Assembly (NCBI GenBank): GCA_963693365.1
Contig: CAVNZM010000005.1
Span: forward strand, 2,934,202-2,998,201
Direction of reading: 5' to 3'
DNA: 64,000 nt
Origin: Amoebidium appalachense
Taxonomy: Eukaryota > Protista > Ichthyosporea
Shown: positions 1 through 14,900 of the stretch, piece by piece
How the letters are laid out: the number at the start of each line of letters is the position of its first letter
How positions within the stretch are numbered: position 1 is the stretch's first letter
Notes under the pieces: generated by a model
Told to the model about the DNA's origin: nothing
What the model saw: the letters and a program-made list of their open reading frames with translations, nothing else
Database searches by the model: none
Position numbers and translations under genes: made by a program

Positions 1-1295
1 AGGCTCTATCCTGCACCAAATCCTGCTGCATGCCATGCATCCTGCAGTCGTGTGGCGACTACTATTTTTGGACGCAAGCATGCGCATATGCATAGATAAA
101 TTATCGTCTTGCCAAATCGTATTCGGGGACCTTGGGGAGGCTTCATACCGTTTTGCCGCATTCACTGGTAGCTGTGTTTATCAAGGTCATGCAAAAGTAG
201 AGTATTTTGTACATGCTTCTTACATACAGCCTAATTCCAGCGAAGCCTTCTCTAACATTAGTAGGTGTGAGTACCGGATCTTGTGGCCACTGTGACAGTG
301 TGTATGGGGCGTGGGCTTGTATGCTGTAGGCCGCGTGCTTGTGGAATGTTTCCAACAACAGGATCTAGCACATGATTGGCCTATCTTAAGCACGTGTTTG
401 ATTGGTCGACCAAAAAGCATAATTTTAGTGTGGAATGCGGCTCACGGTCCATGGGAACTGGCGGAAAGCAAACAAAAAACGTTACACTTGTCACGTCGCT
501 CCCTCACACCATGGCATAACTCCTTGTAGCTGCTGTACAGTGGTGATATAAAAAGGAGGTGAACAACCATTCACGTGGGGGTTTGCAGAGTAGGAATATA
601 CCAGATGGCGTAAAGGCAGCGAACAACATCTTCAAAATGAACCGAAAGTTTAGGTGAGTAACCGCGTATGTAGGTGTGGGTGGACGTGTGTGATCGTGCT
701 GTCTATTTTTTTCGCCCACCCGCCTTTGCCGCTTGTCTTGAGCTTGTACTCACGTGCCTACGTTAGTCTTCGTGTGAATTATATAGCATATAATGCGTTT
801 CTTAGGTAGTAGAGGAGGATCAGTGATCTAGCTGACAAGGAATCGAGCCAAGCAGTTGGGTCAGTGGAAATAAGACAGGATAGACAGTGCTCTTCCGATG
901 GAAATCCATTATGCGTGCAAGTGCGTCGTTTTTGCTCTTGTGCATGCCGCGCACATAGCTGCGTTCGTATATCGAAGTAAAAAGTAACTCTGCTCCGGTC
1001 ATTTCATTGCAGTGAGTGACTGTGCATGTCTGTGTTGTGATTGAGGTGATCGTGTGTTAAAGATGTGTAAGATCGAGGGCACAACAGGGTCGTGCACCGA
1101 TGAATGAGCTGTTTTTGCCCAGACCTGCCATAAACTACTGCGTTATTCTACTGCCGCATACCAAACCCTGAAACTTTTGCTAAGTCCTTTCTCGGAACGC
1201 ACACTGCAGCAAGTTTCCGCTTTGCTTTAAGTTTTGTATTCGTTGCCCCTTAAAATAACTCCTACGTAGTAGCCTTTAGGCACTTCCTACCCGGC

Positions 1296-3520
1296 ATGGC
1301 ATATATTGGGTGGGGGGGGGGGGGGGGGGGGGGAGGTTACAGTGAAACTCTGAAGATGATTGCATCAGATGGTTGCGCCGGCTTGTTTCATTTCGAATTC
1401 TAAACTTCGACCTCCCCCCCCAAGCTCCCCTCCCCCCTGCTCACTACAACTTGTTCGCCCGCAGCATAGATCAACCATGTGAACCCTCACCTCTATTGTA
1501 ACCGTGCTCTACTCTCACTCTATCCCAATTTTATCTCTCCTTCCCGCCGTTGTGCCCCCCCTCCCCCTCCCCCCCCCCCCCCCCCCCCCCACATACACAC
1601 ACACCCACACACACACACACACCCCCCCCCCCCCCCCCCCCCCCTCCCCCTCTCCTCTTTCCCCATCCCAACACTCACCAAACCCCCCACAACAGCCACC
1701 TTCTGGCCGTAGGCTCACTCCTTGCCCTCACGGCCACTGTTGAGTCTGTCCCGGCAGCAGACCGACTGACTGGGGATGGTCTGCTGGAGGATGAGTTTGA
1801 GCTCTTCGATATGATTCCTGAGAACACACCCGTGCCAACAGACGTCATGCCTGGAGGTGAGAGAAGGTGTGGGGGGGGGGGGGGGGGGGGGGGGAGGAGA
1901 AGAGGGGGAGGAGGAAAAGAGGGGGAGGAGGGCTGGGGGAGGGGGGGGGGGGGGGGTGGGTTTTCGAATGTGCATGTACCGTAAAATACGTGTGTGTGTG
2001 TGTGTGTGTGTGCACGTTAGTCTTTGGTGCGAACTTGTGGGCAGAAACCGGAGATCTGTACAGGAGAAAGAAATGTGCAACGGCGCATTCCCTCCTGTCC
2101 CCACTTTTTTTTTTTTCAAGAAAATTTTTTCAGGGGAGATGGTGGAGAGGGGGAGAGGTGACGGGGGAAGTGGGAGGGCTGAATAATATTAGACCGCATG
2201 GTGCACCTGTGTATACACCAGAAAAGCTTCAACAGCTGAAAGTCCCCCCCCACCTAGGCCTCCCCCCACCCTCCACCCCACCCACCCACCCACCCACCCA
2301 CACACACACCGCCCTTTTTTTTGTTTGTTTTTTTTTTGTTTTTTTTTTTGGTTTTTTTGCTTATGGTGAAAGGGGAGGGGTTAAAGGGTTTTGCACGGTG
2401 CTTCGTGTTGGGTGGAAATTTTTCCATATTGTTTTTTGCACATGATCAAGATTCCCCCCCCCCCCCCCCCCCCCCCCCCCTCCCTTCTCGAGCCACGAAA
2501 ACAGGGTACACAACCCTACACACTTACAGGCACAATATATGGAGTGCTTGTTCGCACACTAATCACTCCCATCTACTTCCCTTCTTTACAGATGAGGACA
2601 GTGAATGCAACGCTATCAACTTTTCCACCGCCGAGCCCCTTTGGTACCCCGCCCCGTGCAACCAAGAACCTGCGCGGCCGTCAAATTTCCCCGAATTCGC
2701 CTCATGGCAGAACTATTCCCTCGAGGGGTTCAAGAGCACGTTTTCGTCGCAAATTGAGCAACAGTGTCTGTTTGAGTCGTGCTGGAACACACACCCCTCA
2801 AATTCCTGGGGACCGACCCCCCCATGCTTCACCGTCGATTTGCCGTCGACCGAAATTTCAGTGCTCAGGCAGAGGGTTATGTTGGCAACACTCTATTACG
2901 TGAATGCATCCATCCACGGAAACTTGGTGTATGCGCACCACCACTCCCCTTATTGGACCCCCCCTGCAGGTGAAACTCCGGTGGGAGACGATTCGGACGA
3001 TGCAATTTTTGCCGGGGAGACAGCAAACAACAGTTTGAACTCATATGATACGTCGGAAGTCATGGCATGCAATAGCAAGCGGACAGGCATCGATTGCACG
3101 TCGTTCACTACCTGGGTGTACAATTTTGCGCTCGGAATTTTGTTCAGCGGGGACACCACGCAGCAGTCCGGTATGGGGTTGCCTAAAATCACAGACATGA
3201 ACCAACTTCAGAACGGAGATCTCATCTACTTCAAGGGCGCCCCTGACGGTACGAAAATTACCCACGGCGGGATCGCCATGAATACCCCCAACGGCACAAT
3301 TGCGATCACATCGACCATTCAGGGGGATGCAGATGGCCCACAATTCAACTACAAGAAGAATTGGTGGCCCCTGGATAGTTTTGCACATGGGTTCAGCCTG
3401 GCTGATGTGTATAAGGCATGGACCGGGGGTAAATCCGGCATAGCACCCAACTACTGCATCAAGGTACCTAAGGCTATGGGGGAGTGCTCTGCTCTGACTC
3501 GGGTTAAGTCTGTGCCTTAG
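1296..3520 (+). CDS. Secreted NlpC/P60-family cysteine peptidase (putative peptidoglycan hydrolase); exons 1296-1309, 1696-1856, 2592-3520
   Basis: The last exon carries GIDCTSFT..WVY, GDLIYF and THGGI (NlpC/P60 Cys/His motifs). Phase-compatible GT-AG joins give the N-terminus MAYIGHLLAVGSLLALTATVES, which is signal-peptide-like. The 14-nt first exon is the least certain part. Confidence 0.8.
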
Positions 3521-4231
3521 AATGACTCGGACGGGTGTGGGGTTGTAGTGGTGTGTTCGATGGAGTGTGATAACTGACAGGAGTGTGGGAAGCGGCATGG
3601 TTCGTGGTGTGTGTGGGCTGATGATACACGTGCACGAGTGACGTATATACACGGGATGTAAGATACATCTAATTGAACCCAGAACGGTTTGATACATGGA
3701 CACGAGAAGGACAAAAAATTAGAAGGATAAGTGGAACGTTTTGAAATGCACGTAGAGGTTAATGTGAATCTCGCACGTTAGTGTTGTACCGTTAATCGAA
3801 ATCTAAACCGTATATCTGTAACAGTGATATGATCGCTGCACTGGCTCACTGGTGTGTGAAGACTGGCATGTATAGGTAGTTGCAGAGTGGTGTACAGAGA
3901 AATGTACTTGTGCGATTCGAAGGTAAATCGGCCTGTTGGAGACTAAATAAATAGTGGGATACGATAATCATTCTGACAAAGATGGCGAACTATTCAGTTC
4001 GAGGGGCAAAATTTACTGGATACTTTGCATGACATTCTGCATAAATATTCTTTTGGCGACTGGTCTACGTAGGCCTTTGTGATGTCGACACTTGTAATAC
4101 TCATGCATGTGATATATTGTATGTGTATGTACGTAGGTGTGTGTGTTCGTGCGTGTCTGTGTTGCATGCAGGTGTGTGTGTGTGTGTGTGTCTGTGTTGC
4201 GTGCAGGTGTGTGTGTGTGTTGCATGCAGGT

Positions 4232-4272
<41 letters not shown>

Positions 4273-4696
4273 TGTGTGTGTGATGTGTGTGTGTGTGTGA
4301 GGGATCTATGGGAACCTGCATGCCAATATTAGTTGGATACACACAAGTAAACTGCACCGTATGTTTTACAACAACCTCACTTCAGTTAGTCCTTCAAGTC
4401 CAGACTTGGATCCCCCTGATGACCGGTGTGTCGGATGTATGGAAACGTAATCTCCATGAGATGTGATTATTAACACCTTTATAAACCGTGCCAAGTTGAA
4501 AACCGCATGTTTGATCATGTGCTGCTACAAGTGCACCATCTTGGATTAGGTGCAGTACATGAACACTTTCCATGATGCTCATCTGGTTTGAGCTTTTGTT
4601 GTGTATACGCATATACTTATGATGGGTCAGGTGTGTGATTACACATATGCATGATTTTCCCTTTTTGTTTGTTTCTTTATATTTTATTTTATTTTA

Positions 4697-4788
<92 letters not shown>

Positions 4789-4808
4789 GGGGGGGGGGTG
4801 GGTGGGTG

Positions 4809-4839
<31 letters not shown>

Positions 4840-5235
4840 CTGGCTTCTCCCATATGTGCGTCTACCACCAGAAAAAATTAACGTTCAGCAACGATTAGCT
4901 ATACATGTGCAGACAAGAAAGAATTAAGCAACAGTACGTATGGCCATTCTTCGGACACCATGCAAGACACAGCTGGCTGGCATATGCATGTTGGGGTAAT
5001 GTACCCGCACTAATGCAAGGCAGGTGGGCCGGTGGGCCGGTGGGCGGCCATTTTTTTCCCCAGCTTTAGGTGGGGGGGAGGGGGGGATGCCCACAGGTGT
5101 GTGGTGTGTGTGTGCGTGGACGCAGGCTTGTGTGTGTGTGTGTGTGTGTGTGTGTCTGTCTGTCTGTGTGTGCGCGCATGCATGTGTGCGCTCACGCACC
5201 ACTCGATGTGTGTGTAGCTATGTAGTACTAGGGTC

Positions 5236-5271
<36 letters not shown>

Positions 5272-6550
5272 TCAACTATTCTTTCTACAATTCCTAGATG
5301 GGGTAATGGATATGCCGGGCTAACAGAATAAATTGCAGATCTGGGCAAAAATCCGGGGGAGCTTTATAATGCGCTGACTAATTCATATACGCTGACTAAT
5401 TACATACTATATATTATTAATACCGGGTGGGGTTAGCCCATTATGATTAATATTACTGCTACAGAATAACCCTTGAGGGGTCCATAAAATACTTGACCAA
5501 ATACTATCCTAAAAATCTTGACTCATTCCACATATCCTCGGGTCCAAAAGTGCATTTAACGATGCTTGTCTGCCTTCGAATAAATTAAAAAGCTCAAATT
5601 TTACACATCATGTGAGCATTGATATGGGCGGCAATTCATACGTTATGATTAGTAGCAATTGTTTTACCACCGACTTTTTTTTGACTGTTATCCATTCTAT
5701 CATCCATAACTACTTATGCCCCAAACAGAGGACAGAAGTCACCAGTACAGTCACCCTTCTTCCGAATCACTACAATTATCAGACCCCCCCACCCTTATCG
5801 CCGTATTATTGAGCCACTCTCCATGGGGCACCCCAACACCCAACTTCCCATTTTTGGCTGGAAACTTTGAGTTGCTGCCTGCTGCCTCGGGCCCCGCTAC
5901 CACATCAATGGATCCGTCATTCTGTAATATTCTTGAAACGTCAGACCCTCCTGGGGTTGAAATTACGCCCAGGTGAAGGGGTGAAACAGATCCGCTGCCC
6001 GGTTTTGGCTCGTTTTTCCTGCGGTGGTGTCGAAGCTGGTGGTTCCCAGTGGCCCAGGACCCCAGAGAGAGGAATTTGAAGAAGGGCGAGGATACGTCAC
6101 ATGTTCATCTGAGCCGTGAAATATTGGCGAACCCCCCCGAACATTGGCCTAGATAAGTCCCCATCGGTCCATTCCCATGTGTTTTCGGAACCTCCGAGGA
6201 GCCCGGTGGAACTTTGGCAGTTTCGAGCAAATGGACCCCCTAGAGCTGAAATTTCACAGTCGTCATCTTCGCCATCAACATATAAGGCAATGTCATAAAC
6301 CCCGGTATCAGCTGCAGTCAACAGGGGCGCCGAACTAAATCTCTGCAGAGGTCTGGGGGGATACATATCGCTCGATGTCGATTGGTGGTGGTGAGGGTGA
6401 GGGATGTGGTGGTGGATCATTGATGCTCTTGGGGTCTGATGTACATGTTGACTTTCACCGTCGATTGATTCGGCCTGTATATAGGTTTGTGTGTTAGTGA
6501 CGTAAGGTGGTTGTGTAGGATCATGTCGCGTGGGGGAGTTGTGGTGGTGT

Positions 6551-6651
<101 letters not shown>

Positions 6652-7352
6652 TCTGTGTGTGTGTGTGGGGGGGGGGGGGGAGGTTGTGGTGATGTGTGTG
6701 TGTGGGGGGGGGGGGGGGGAGGGGGGGGGGGGGGGGGGGAGGGGCGTGATTCGGGGTCGTGGTGGGTCTGGATAGAGAGGGGAGATGAGGGAGAGGGGGG
6801 AAATGGGTGTTCTGTAGATGTAGAGGTGTGTGTATATGTGCGTGTGTTTGCGCACGTGCATGTATGTGTGTGTGTGTCAATGTACTGTATGCCATTGGTT
6901 GCCTGTCAAAGCGTGCCTGCTGTGCTCGAAACCAACTTCCTTGGCTGTAAGAAAAAATGGTAGAGGAGGACCAAAAAAAAAAAAAGCAGGGAAGGACTCG
7001 GGGAACAACGCATTAGGTAACAGACAGAAATACTTCTGCCGATATGCCCCCCCCCCCCCCCCCCCCCCCCCGCCGCCCCTCCTGGATGGCTATTTTGAAC
7101 CCCTCCCTTGCCGTTTTTTCTGACCGGCACCCATAGATACACCGTCAGTTGCCAACTCTAAAAAGAACCAAGATTTCCCTTTGTTGTTACCTCCGTTGCC
7201 CTGCCCTCAGTCCACTCTCCTCTCTTTTTACCTTTCAACTTCCCCCTTCCAATCGCATTCCTTTTCCATTTTTGGGGGCCGCAAACTCACCCCAGTGGTG
7301 TGGCTGATTTCAGCGGAATGTTCTTCCGGAATAATATCACCTTGAAGGGGCT

Positions 7353-7418
<66 letters not shown>

Positions 7419-8535
7419 CGCATGCGTGCGGGCACGAGCCCGCATGCGGGTTTGTGTGTACGAGGGGTGTTCATACGTTTATTAGTGAAAGGAGTGAGTG
7501 AGTGGTAGCGGATGTGGGAGTGCAAGCCACACAACAGGGCGTGAGTGAGTGAGTCAGTGACCGGGAGGGGGGGGGGGATGGGAGGCGGGGGAGGGAGGGA
7601 GGGGGGGGGGGGGGGGGGAGGGAAGGGGGAGGGGATTGGCAGATAAAGTTCAAAAGGCTCTATGCGACGGTAGTACTATTGGACGTGTGCACCCAGCGAC
7701 CGGAAACAGTGAAATGGGCCGGCACACTTGGTGGAGGCACATACAACCTGGCCATAGCACAAACCGTTGCTCCAACAAATACACACATGCACAGATGAAG
7801 ATACAGCGAGCGTGCCCGCACACCCTCTCTCTTCCATATTTATGACAAATACATGCTGAAGACACAGGCACGCAGGCGCGCACACACACATACAAATGCG
7901 CACGTGCACATACATTGGAGCAGGCTGTGGGGCTAAGGTACAGTTGTCAATGGATCAGGGTGAAAGGATAGCCGCGGGGGGGGGGGGGGGGGGGGGGGGG
8001 GTCTTTCGGAACACAGCAACAGCACACGAGGGAAAATCAGAATCTTACCCCGGAATATTGGCCCAACCTTCCAGACCCTCCTTGGGATGAGTCTAAGGAA
8101 CCTCCTCCGGAAACCTCACAGTGCGAACTTGCTGATTTTACCTCAGACGATCGAATACCCCCCGAAAATGGTGACGAACCCGCCGAATTTTGCCGTGAAA
8201 ACAAGGCCAATGACCCGCCTAGGCGCTTGGCAGAAGCAAGTGGCCCACTGAGCAATCTTTCAAATGACGGGAGTGGGCCGCTGTGAGGGCGTTCATCCAC
8301 ACTTGGACCCCTATCTCGGCCTGAAATTTGATCGCCGGCCTTGAGTGGCCCGGAAAGTGGACCGGAATTTGTTTTCGATGATATGCCGCTCATACTGGTG
8401 CCTTCACTTAAGCTGCCCGAATGGGATTTTTCGGGTTCTATTCCGGTAACAGCATAGAACTCTTTCTCGAGGATTGAGACGATGCCATGGGCGGGTGGGC
8501 GACTTGAAGGGGTTTCTTCCCAGCAGGCGGACATG

Positions 8536-8536
<1 letters not shown>

Positions 8537-8633
<97 letters not shown>

Positions 8634-8644
8634 TGACGGTGTGC

Positions 8645-8688
<44 letters not shown>

Positions 8689-8714
8689 TTGAGTGTATGT
8701 GTGTGACGGTGTGC

Positions 8715-8778
<64 letters not shown>

Positions 8779-8808
8779 GTGTGTGTGTGTATGTGTGTGA
8801 CGGTGTGC

Positions 8809-8894
<86 letters not shown>

Positions 8895-8925
8895 AGCTAC
8901 TGTATGTATGTGTGTGACGGTGTGC

Positions 8926-8999
<74 letters not shown>

Positions 9000-9021
9000 C
9001 GGTGTGCTTGTGTGTGTGCGA

Positions 9022-9098
<77 letters not shown>

Positions 9099-9137
9099 TG
9101 ACGGTGTGCTTGTGTGTGTCTGTGTGTGTGTGTGTGT
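8537..9137. repeat. Compound (TG)n minisatellite with about 6 copies of GTGTGACGGTGTGCTT
   Basis: The motif recurs near 8631, 8701, 8795, 8912, 8994 and 9096, separated by (TG)n. Confidence 0.85.
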
Positions 9138-9581
9138 AGAGGGGGGGGGGGGGGGGGGGGAGGCACTCACCTCCACACACTGTTCGACTGCAATGTTGTT
9201 GACAAACGTCGTGTTTGGGTCCTTTTTGATCCCGTCATACGTAGCAACCATAATCGCCCCGCCGAATCCAAAAGTTATGTTGCACAAAAAAGTGCTGTTT
9301 TGAACGTTGGTTTTCGTTTGGGCAAAAATAGCCCCCGGGCCCAACTCCGTTGCACGGTTGCCTAGCAACCGACTGTTCTTGATAACGACTGTACCGGCAA
9401 AAACCTCCCCAGCTTGAAGCGCCGAATTCTGGGGTGTATTTGGTAATGTGGGGGAAGGAAAATGAGTTCGGAAAAGCAAATAATATCCGTATTTGGACCT
9501 TGGATCCTAACCATATCACCAACTGTGTGGGGAAGGGAGGCTAGGAGGCATCAGTCCATGATTGTGGTGTGTGGTGATTGT

Positions 9582-9646
<65 letters not shown>

Positions 9647-9849
9647 CGATGGGCAAGTGAGGGGGGATGGGGTGAGGGGCAATGCAGCAACATGAATAGG
9701 CAATGAATACGGCATGATAGAAGAAACTTTGACGCTTTGCCGTGCAACTGGCTGCCGTAGAACTATGTACATACATAAGGGAGGGGAACACCGGATAGGT
9801 GATGGTGGGGGGTTAGACCCGGGCTTTGCACGCGCGAGCGCGTGTGTCG

Positions 9850-9882
<33 letters not shown>

Positions 9883-10406
9883 TTCATACATGAAGAATGC
9901 TGCTGTTCAGGATTTCGGCCTTGGAGGATTCCGACGATATTGCACCCCCAATGGCAGCTCTGTTGTTCTGCAGCGTGCTGGCAATCAGCAGGAGCCCAGG
10001 ACCCCCCCCAAAACGTAGACTGCACCCCCGGCAACAGGCAATTTGGGGTTTGGGGTCTTTGAAGCAGCTGGTTGTTGATGAATGTTGATTGGTTGACAAC
10101 CATAACATATGATTGGACCATGGAATTGGCGTCAAATAGTGATTGGCCAATAGAAACACTCGAGATCTGGCTGGAAATTGCAACAGCACCCCCTCCAGGA
10201 GACATTTCCGACACCCAATCCGGGATCACGACCCGATTCCCACGAAACTCTGAGTCGGATACTTGCATCAGGCCTTTCCCCTCTGCAATCAATCAAACCA
10301 ACACATCCCCCACTGAGTAAACAACAAGCGTAGCATGACCCAACACCCAACACCCCCCAGCACACACGGTCTCGAATACACGTCCACACACACGCACACA
10401 CACACG

Positions 10407-10562
<156 letters not shown>

Positions 10563-10836
10563 TACACACACCTACGCCGAAGACCACACACCGCTTCCCC
10601 CTCTCCAATTCCACTCTCAACCAGTCCACACAAAACCAAAACTTCCTTCCACTTCTACTGCTTGGTATATCTCATCATCCCCCCAACTCTTATGCCCCCT
10701 TCCCCCCCGCTTGCTCCACTGGAAAACTTATTCCGACTTTCTTCGTTTTCTACGGGTCCTTTGGCTTTGGCTTTGGCTTCCTGATCCTCCACAGCTTCTC
10801 TTCTTTTCCAAGAGCAACGAAAAGGGCAACCGCAGA

Positions 10837-10940
<104 letters not shown>

Positions 10941-11248
10941 CCCACCGGAAAAAATTGCCCTGCCCTTGACTTCCGCTGTGTTCGAATCAAATATGCAAAG
11001 ATCCCCCAAATCTAGGGAGCCAGAAGTGTAGATGGCACCCCCTGACGGGGTTGCACTGGATTGGCGACTCCATCGTATTGCCGTATTGTCCGTAAATTTG
11101 GGATTACGGAAAGTTGAAATTGCGGATGCGTAGAACCCCCCTCCATTAGTAGCCGTATTGTTGGTAAAAGTGCAGCCGGTGATATTTGCCATACCTTTTG
11201 CTGCAGGGATGAGAAGTGTCAGGAGTGAAAAGTGTGTGTGTGTGTGTG

Positions 11249-11290
<42 letters not shown>

Positions 11291-11815
11291 CACGCGCATC
11301 CGATCGCGATCGTTTTTGTGTGCATGTCTGTGTGTGCGTATGTGTACACATGGATGTGTGTGGGTTGTTTGTGTGGGTGCAATTCCATGAGGTAGATTTT
11401 GACCGAATCGAATTAAGAAAGAGGCACCGGTTGGGAACAACCTCTCTCTCTTACTCTCTCTCGCTCTCTCCCCCTCCCTCCCTCCCCACCCCCGCCTCCC
11501 CACCCCCTCCTTCCCCCCTGTCTCACCCTTGCCCCTTCTCATTAGTTCTCTCTCTCTTTCTTTCCCTCCCTCCCTCCCTCCCTCTTCTTCTCCCTGTATG
11601 TGTGTGTGCGCGTGCAACAGCGTGTCTCTGTTGCTTGCTTGAGCTCAGAGCATAGAAGGGGAAGCATGAAGGACAGAGGTGTGTATGTGTGTGTGTGTCA
11701 TACGTAATTGTGGGTAGTGTGCGTGAGCAGTTGCCTGTTTTTGGGTGGTGTGCGCCTATGTGTGTGGGTCGGTCTTTTTGTGTGTGATTTTTGTTATCTT
11801 GCTGATACTGGGTGT

Positions 11816-11857
<42 letters not shown>

Positions 11858-13348
11858 GCCTGTGTGTGTGTGTGTGTGTGTGTGTGCACATGTACCCGCG
11901 TGTGTAAGTGGATTGTGTGTGTGTGTTCCTGTGTGTGTGTCCTTGTGTGTCCCTGGATGTAACAGGGTGATATGGCGCGCACACACACACAAGTGCCTAT
12001 GGATAGGTATGCACATGCACACAGCGGGTGATAGTGAGCTACGTGGGGTGCCAATTCAAGTGGGAATACTCTTTCACACCGTGCATCACGAACACTTACC
12101 ACTGAAGGCACCCCCTTCAAACAACGCAAAGTTTTCCGTGAAGGTGCAGTTGCTCAGTATCGTCAGATTTCCCACCAGGACAGCCCCCCCGAGCAGCGCG
12201 TAATTTCCCTCAAAAACACTGTCGGAAATATTTACCGATCTAAATGCATATATCGCACCTCCCTGTTGCCTCACTTTCCATAGATATCCGCTGGGTTCCT
12301 GAAAAGTCTTTTCCCCAACAGAATCTTCAACAAATCTGCTGCCGGAAACAGTCAAAGGTTTCCACGAGGCAACAATCCCCCCAAAATCATCAGCCTGGTC
12401 GTGTGAAAATGTGCAATTTGTGATTGTTGTAACCCCTTGTGCAAGAACAGCCCCCCCGATACCGGCAAAACCTGGTGCGTCGGGTGAATAAACGGTCGGA
12501 GCCAGACGACTCAGGGCTCTGTTTCCTTCAAAAACCGTATTCTCGATTACGGTGGGCCCGCTTGACCGAATCCCACCACCAAAAGCGCTTGTGTTATTCA
12601 CAAACGTGCATGACGAAATACAAACGGTGAAGCATTGTTTGTACTCGTGATTGTCATCCAAGAGTCGGTGGAGGTGTTGTTTGCAAAGGTGGTGTTGCGT
12701 ATGTGCAAACCATAAACAGCATCCTGATTAGAGAGGAGGGGCTCCTCGAAGGAGAACACACCAGCGCAACTATTGTTGCGAAAGATCGAATGGCCTACGA
12801 TTACACCACTCATGCCGACTGCCTGGACACCGCAGTTGGCCTGTTTGTGTTATCATGTTAGAGGATTATTGATAAAATATGTTTGGGAGGCTGGCAATGT
12901 ATCGGCTAGGGTGCCACGGTACTACCACCACATCACCATATTAGTTCGCGATAGCACAGAATGATTCTGCCTTTTGGCGTATTAATTGTACCTCTGCGTA
13001 TAAATGCATCCTTGTGCTGACTAATCCTGCTTCGCAAAACAATTGCTTTTTGTATCTCCCAGAATATATATATATATCATAGTATATATATATAAATTCT
13101 ATTTATGTTGTTAGACCCTTTAGCCAAACACCTGAATATGGAAGAAAAAAAAGACCCATGCAACCAGTAAGTAGACATGCATAGTAACTGCCCATTCAGA
13201 CACAACAACATCCCAACCCCCACAAGTGCCGGTTTGGCAACCCACACTTAAACACACACGCACCCACATGCGCGCGCACACACACACACGCACACACACG
13301 CACAAACCACAGACACACACAGGCACACACGGGACGAGCATGCACGCA

Positions 13349-13392
<44 letters not shown>

Positions 13393-13643
13393 TACTTATA
13401 GTTACACACGGATACACTTACTCCCTGCACACACGCAAAACTCATTAAAACACACCGTGCCAACACACAGTCTGTAATACGCATAAATACGAAAATAAAG
13501 TATACCACCACAACATGGCAAGCACTCAAACACCCACAGCCATTTGAGTTCATTCTATTCAGTCACCCAGCAGCACACACACACAGTCACGCACACGGGC
13601 CAGCAGATCCTGCAGCACCGTCCACGCATTTCTGTCATGCACA

Positions 13644-13920
13644 CACTAACACAACTTCCAACACACTTCCACACCGGTTCCACCTAGACCTAGCAATCAC
13701 ATACATCCACACATTCGCCACCAACACAAACTCAGCCCATCACGACAGTCGTATCTTCCCCTCCCTCCCTCGGAGTCCCCCCTGTGCCCCTCTGCAGCAC
13801 AAACACACCGTCACTAACACAACTTCCAACACACGTCCACACCAGTTCCACCTAGACCTGGCAATAACATACATCCACACATTCGCCACCAACACATATA
13901 GACAGTCGTATCTTCCCCTC
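13644..13920. repeat. Imperfect ~160-170 bp tandem duplication in intron 1 of RTK-A
   Basis: CACTAACACAACTTCCAACACAC..CCACCTAGACCT..ACATACATCCACACATTCGCCACCAACACA at 13644 and 13812; GACAGTCGTATCTTCCCCTC at 13744 and 13901. Confidence 0.8.
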
Positions 13921-14900
13921 TCTCCCTCCCCTCTTTGCCTCTCTACAACACAAACACGCCGTTGGACACTAGCAAGACAGAGCGCACATATAAGTGCCTG
14001 CAAAGTCTGCCTATGCATAAGACAGCCTGCAGGCCGCACGGCCATGCACAGACAACACGTACACACACACCCGTGCACGTGCGGATCTTACACACTCCCT
14101 GAACGTTATACCCACCAGCGCAGCACTGAACTGCAGCCTGCCGTCTCCAAACACGGACACGCCGTCACTGCCAGATTTGCAGCGCATTGCAAGACGGCCG
14201 GTGAGTCGGGCGGCTCACCCGGGGTAGGGCACCCCACAACCACAACGTCCAGCTGCACAACCGAAAAGTAGAAGGACGGGTCATCCAAAGCAGGGTTTAG
14301 TTGCAGATTGATAAATGCCTCGTTGGGCCCAACGGCCATGCTGCGCACCAACAGCACAAGCTGGCTAGTGCCGTTTCGTGGCCACCTGTGCGCCAAGTAG
14401 TCGTTGAAGCCCTGCGCCAGGCCCTTGAAACACGTGCTGTTGCCCTCTGCCTGCACGCTGCACGCCGGATTCATGGGCGCGCACAGCGCTGGCTTTAGTT
14501 TTGCGTAAAGGTGCGCCACACGAAAGGTGGTGTTGAGCCCAACGTCACTAGCAAGGGTGGTGACGTCTGCGTTCTGCGGGGACTGCGAGATTTGCTCGGA
14601 TAGTGCTTGAGGGAGGTGCGCTGGAGGGGCATTGAGTGGGTTGGAAAGCACCTTGTCGAAGGCAAGTTCGCCCGGCTTGACAATCAGTTCAGGAGCGGTG
14701 GGCCAAGCGGCTGCTGGAGGGTTTTTTTGGGTAGGCACCGCAGTACTACTGGCCGCTGTTGGTGCGTGCGTGGGTGTGGTGGTCAAGGAAGTGCCCGGGG
14801 TAAAGGCGTTCAGTGGCCAGGGGAAAGGCGGTACGTCTGCGCTGGCCGCGGTGTGCACGTGTAGTGTAAGAACACACAGGGCAAGAGAGCACAGCGCCAT

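Noticed and set aside
1-1290. Short ORFs at the window start
   Set aside because: All are under 90 aa with no motifs or supported splice structure.
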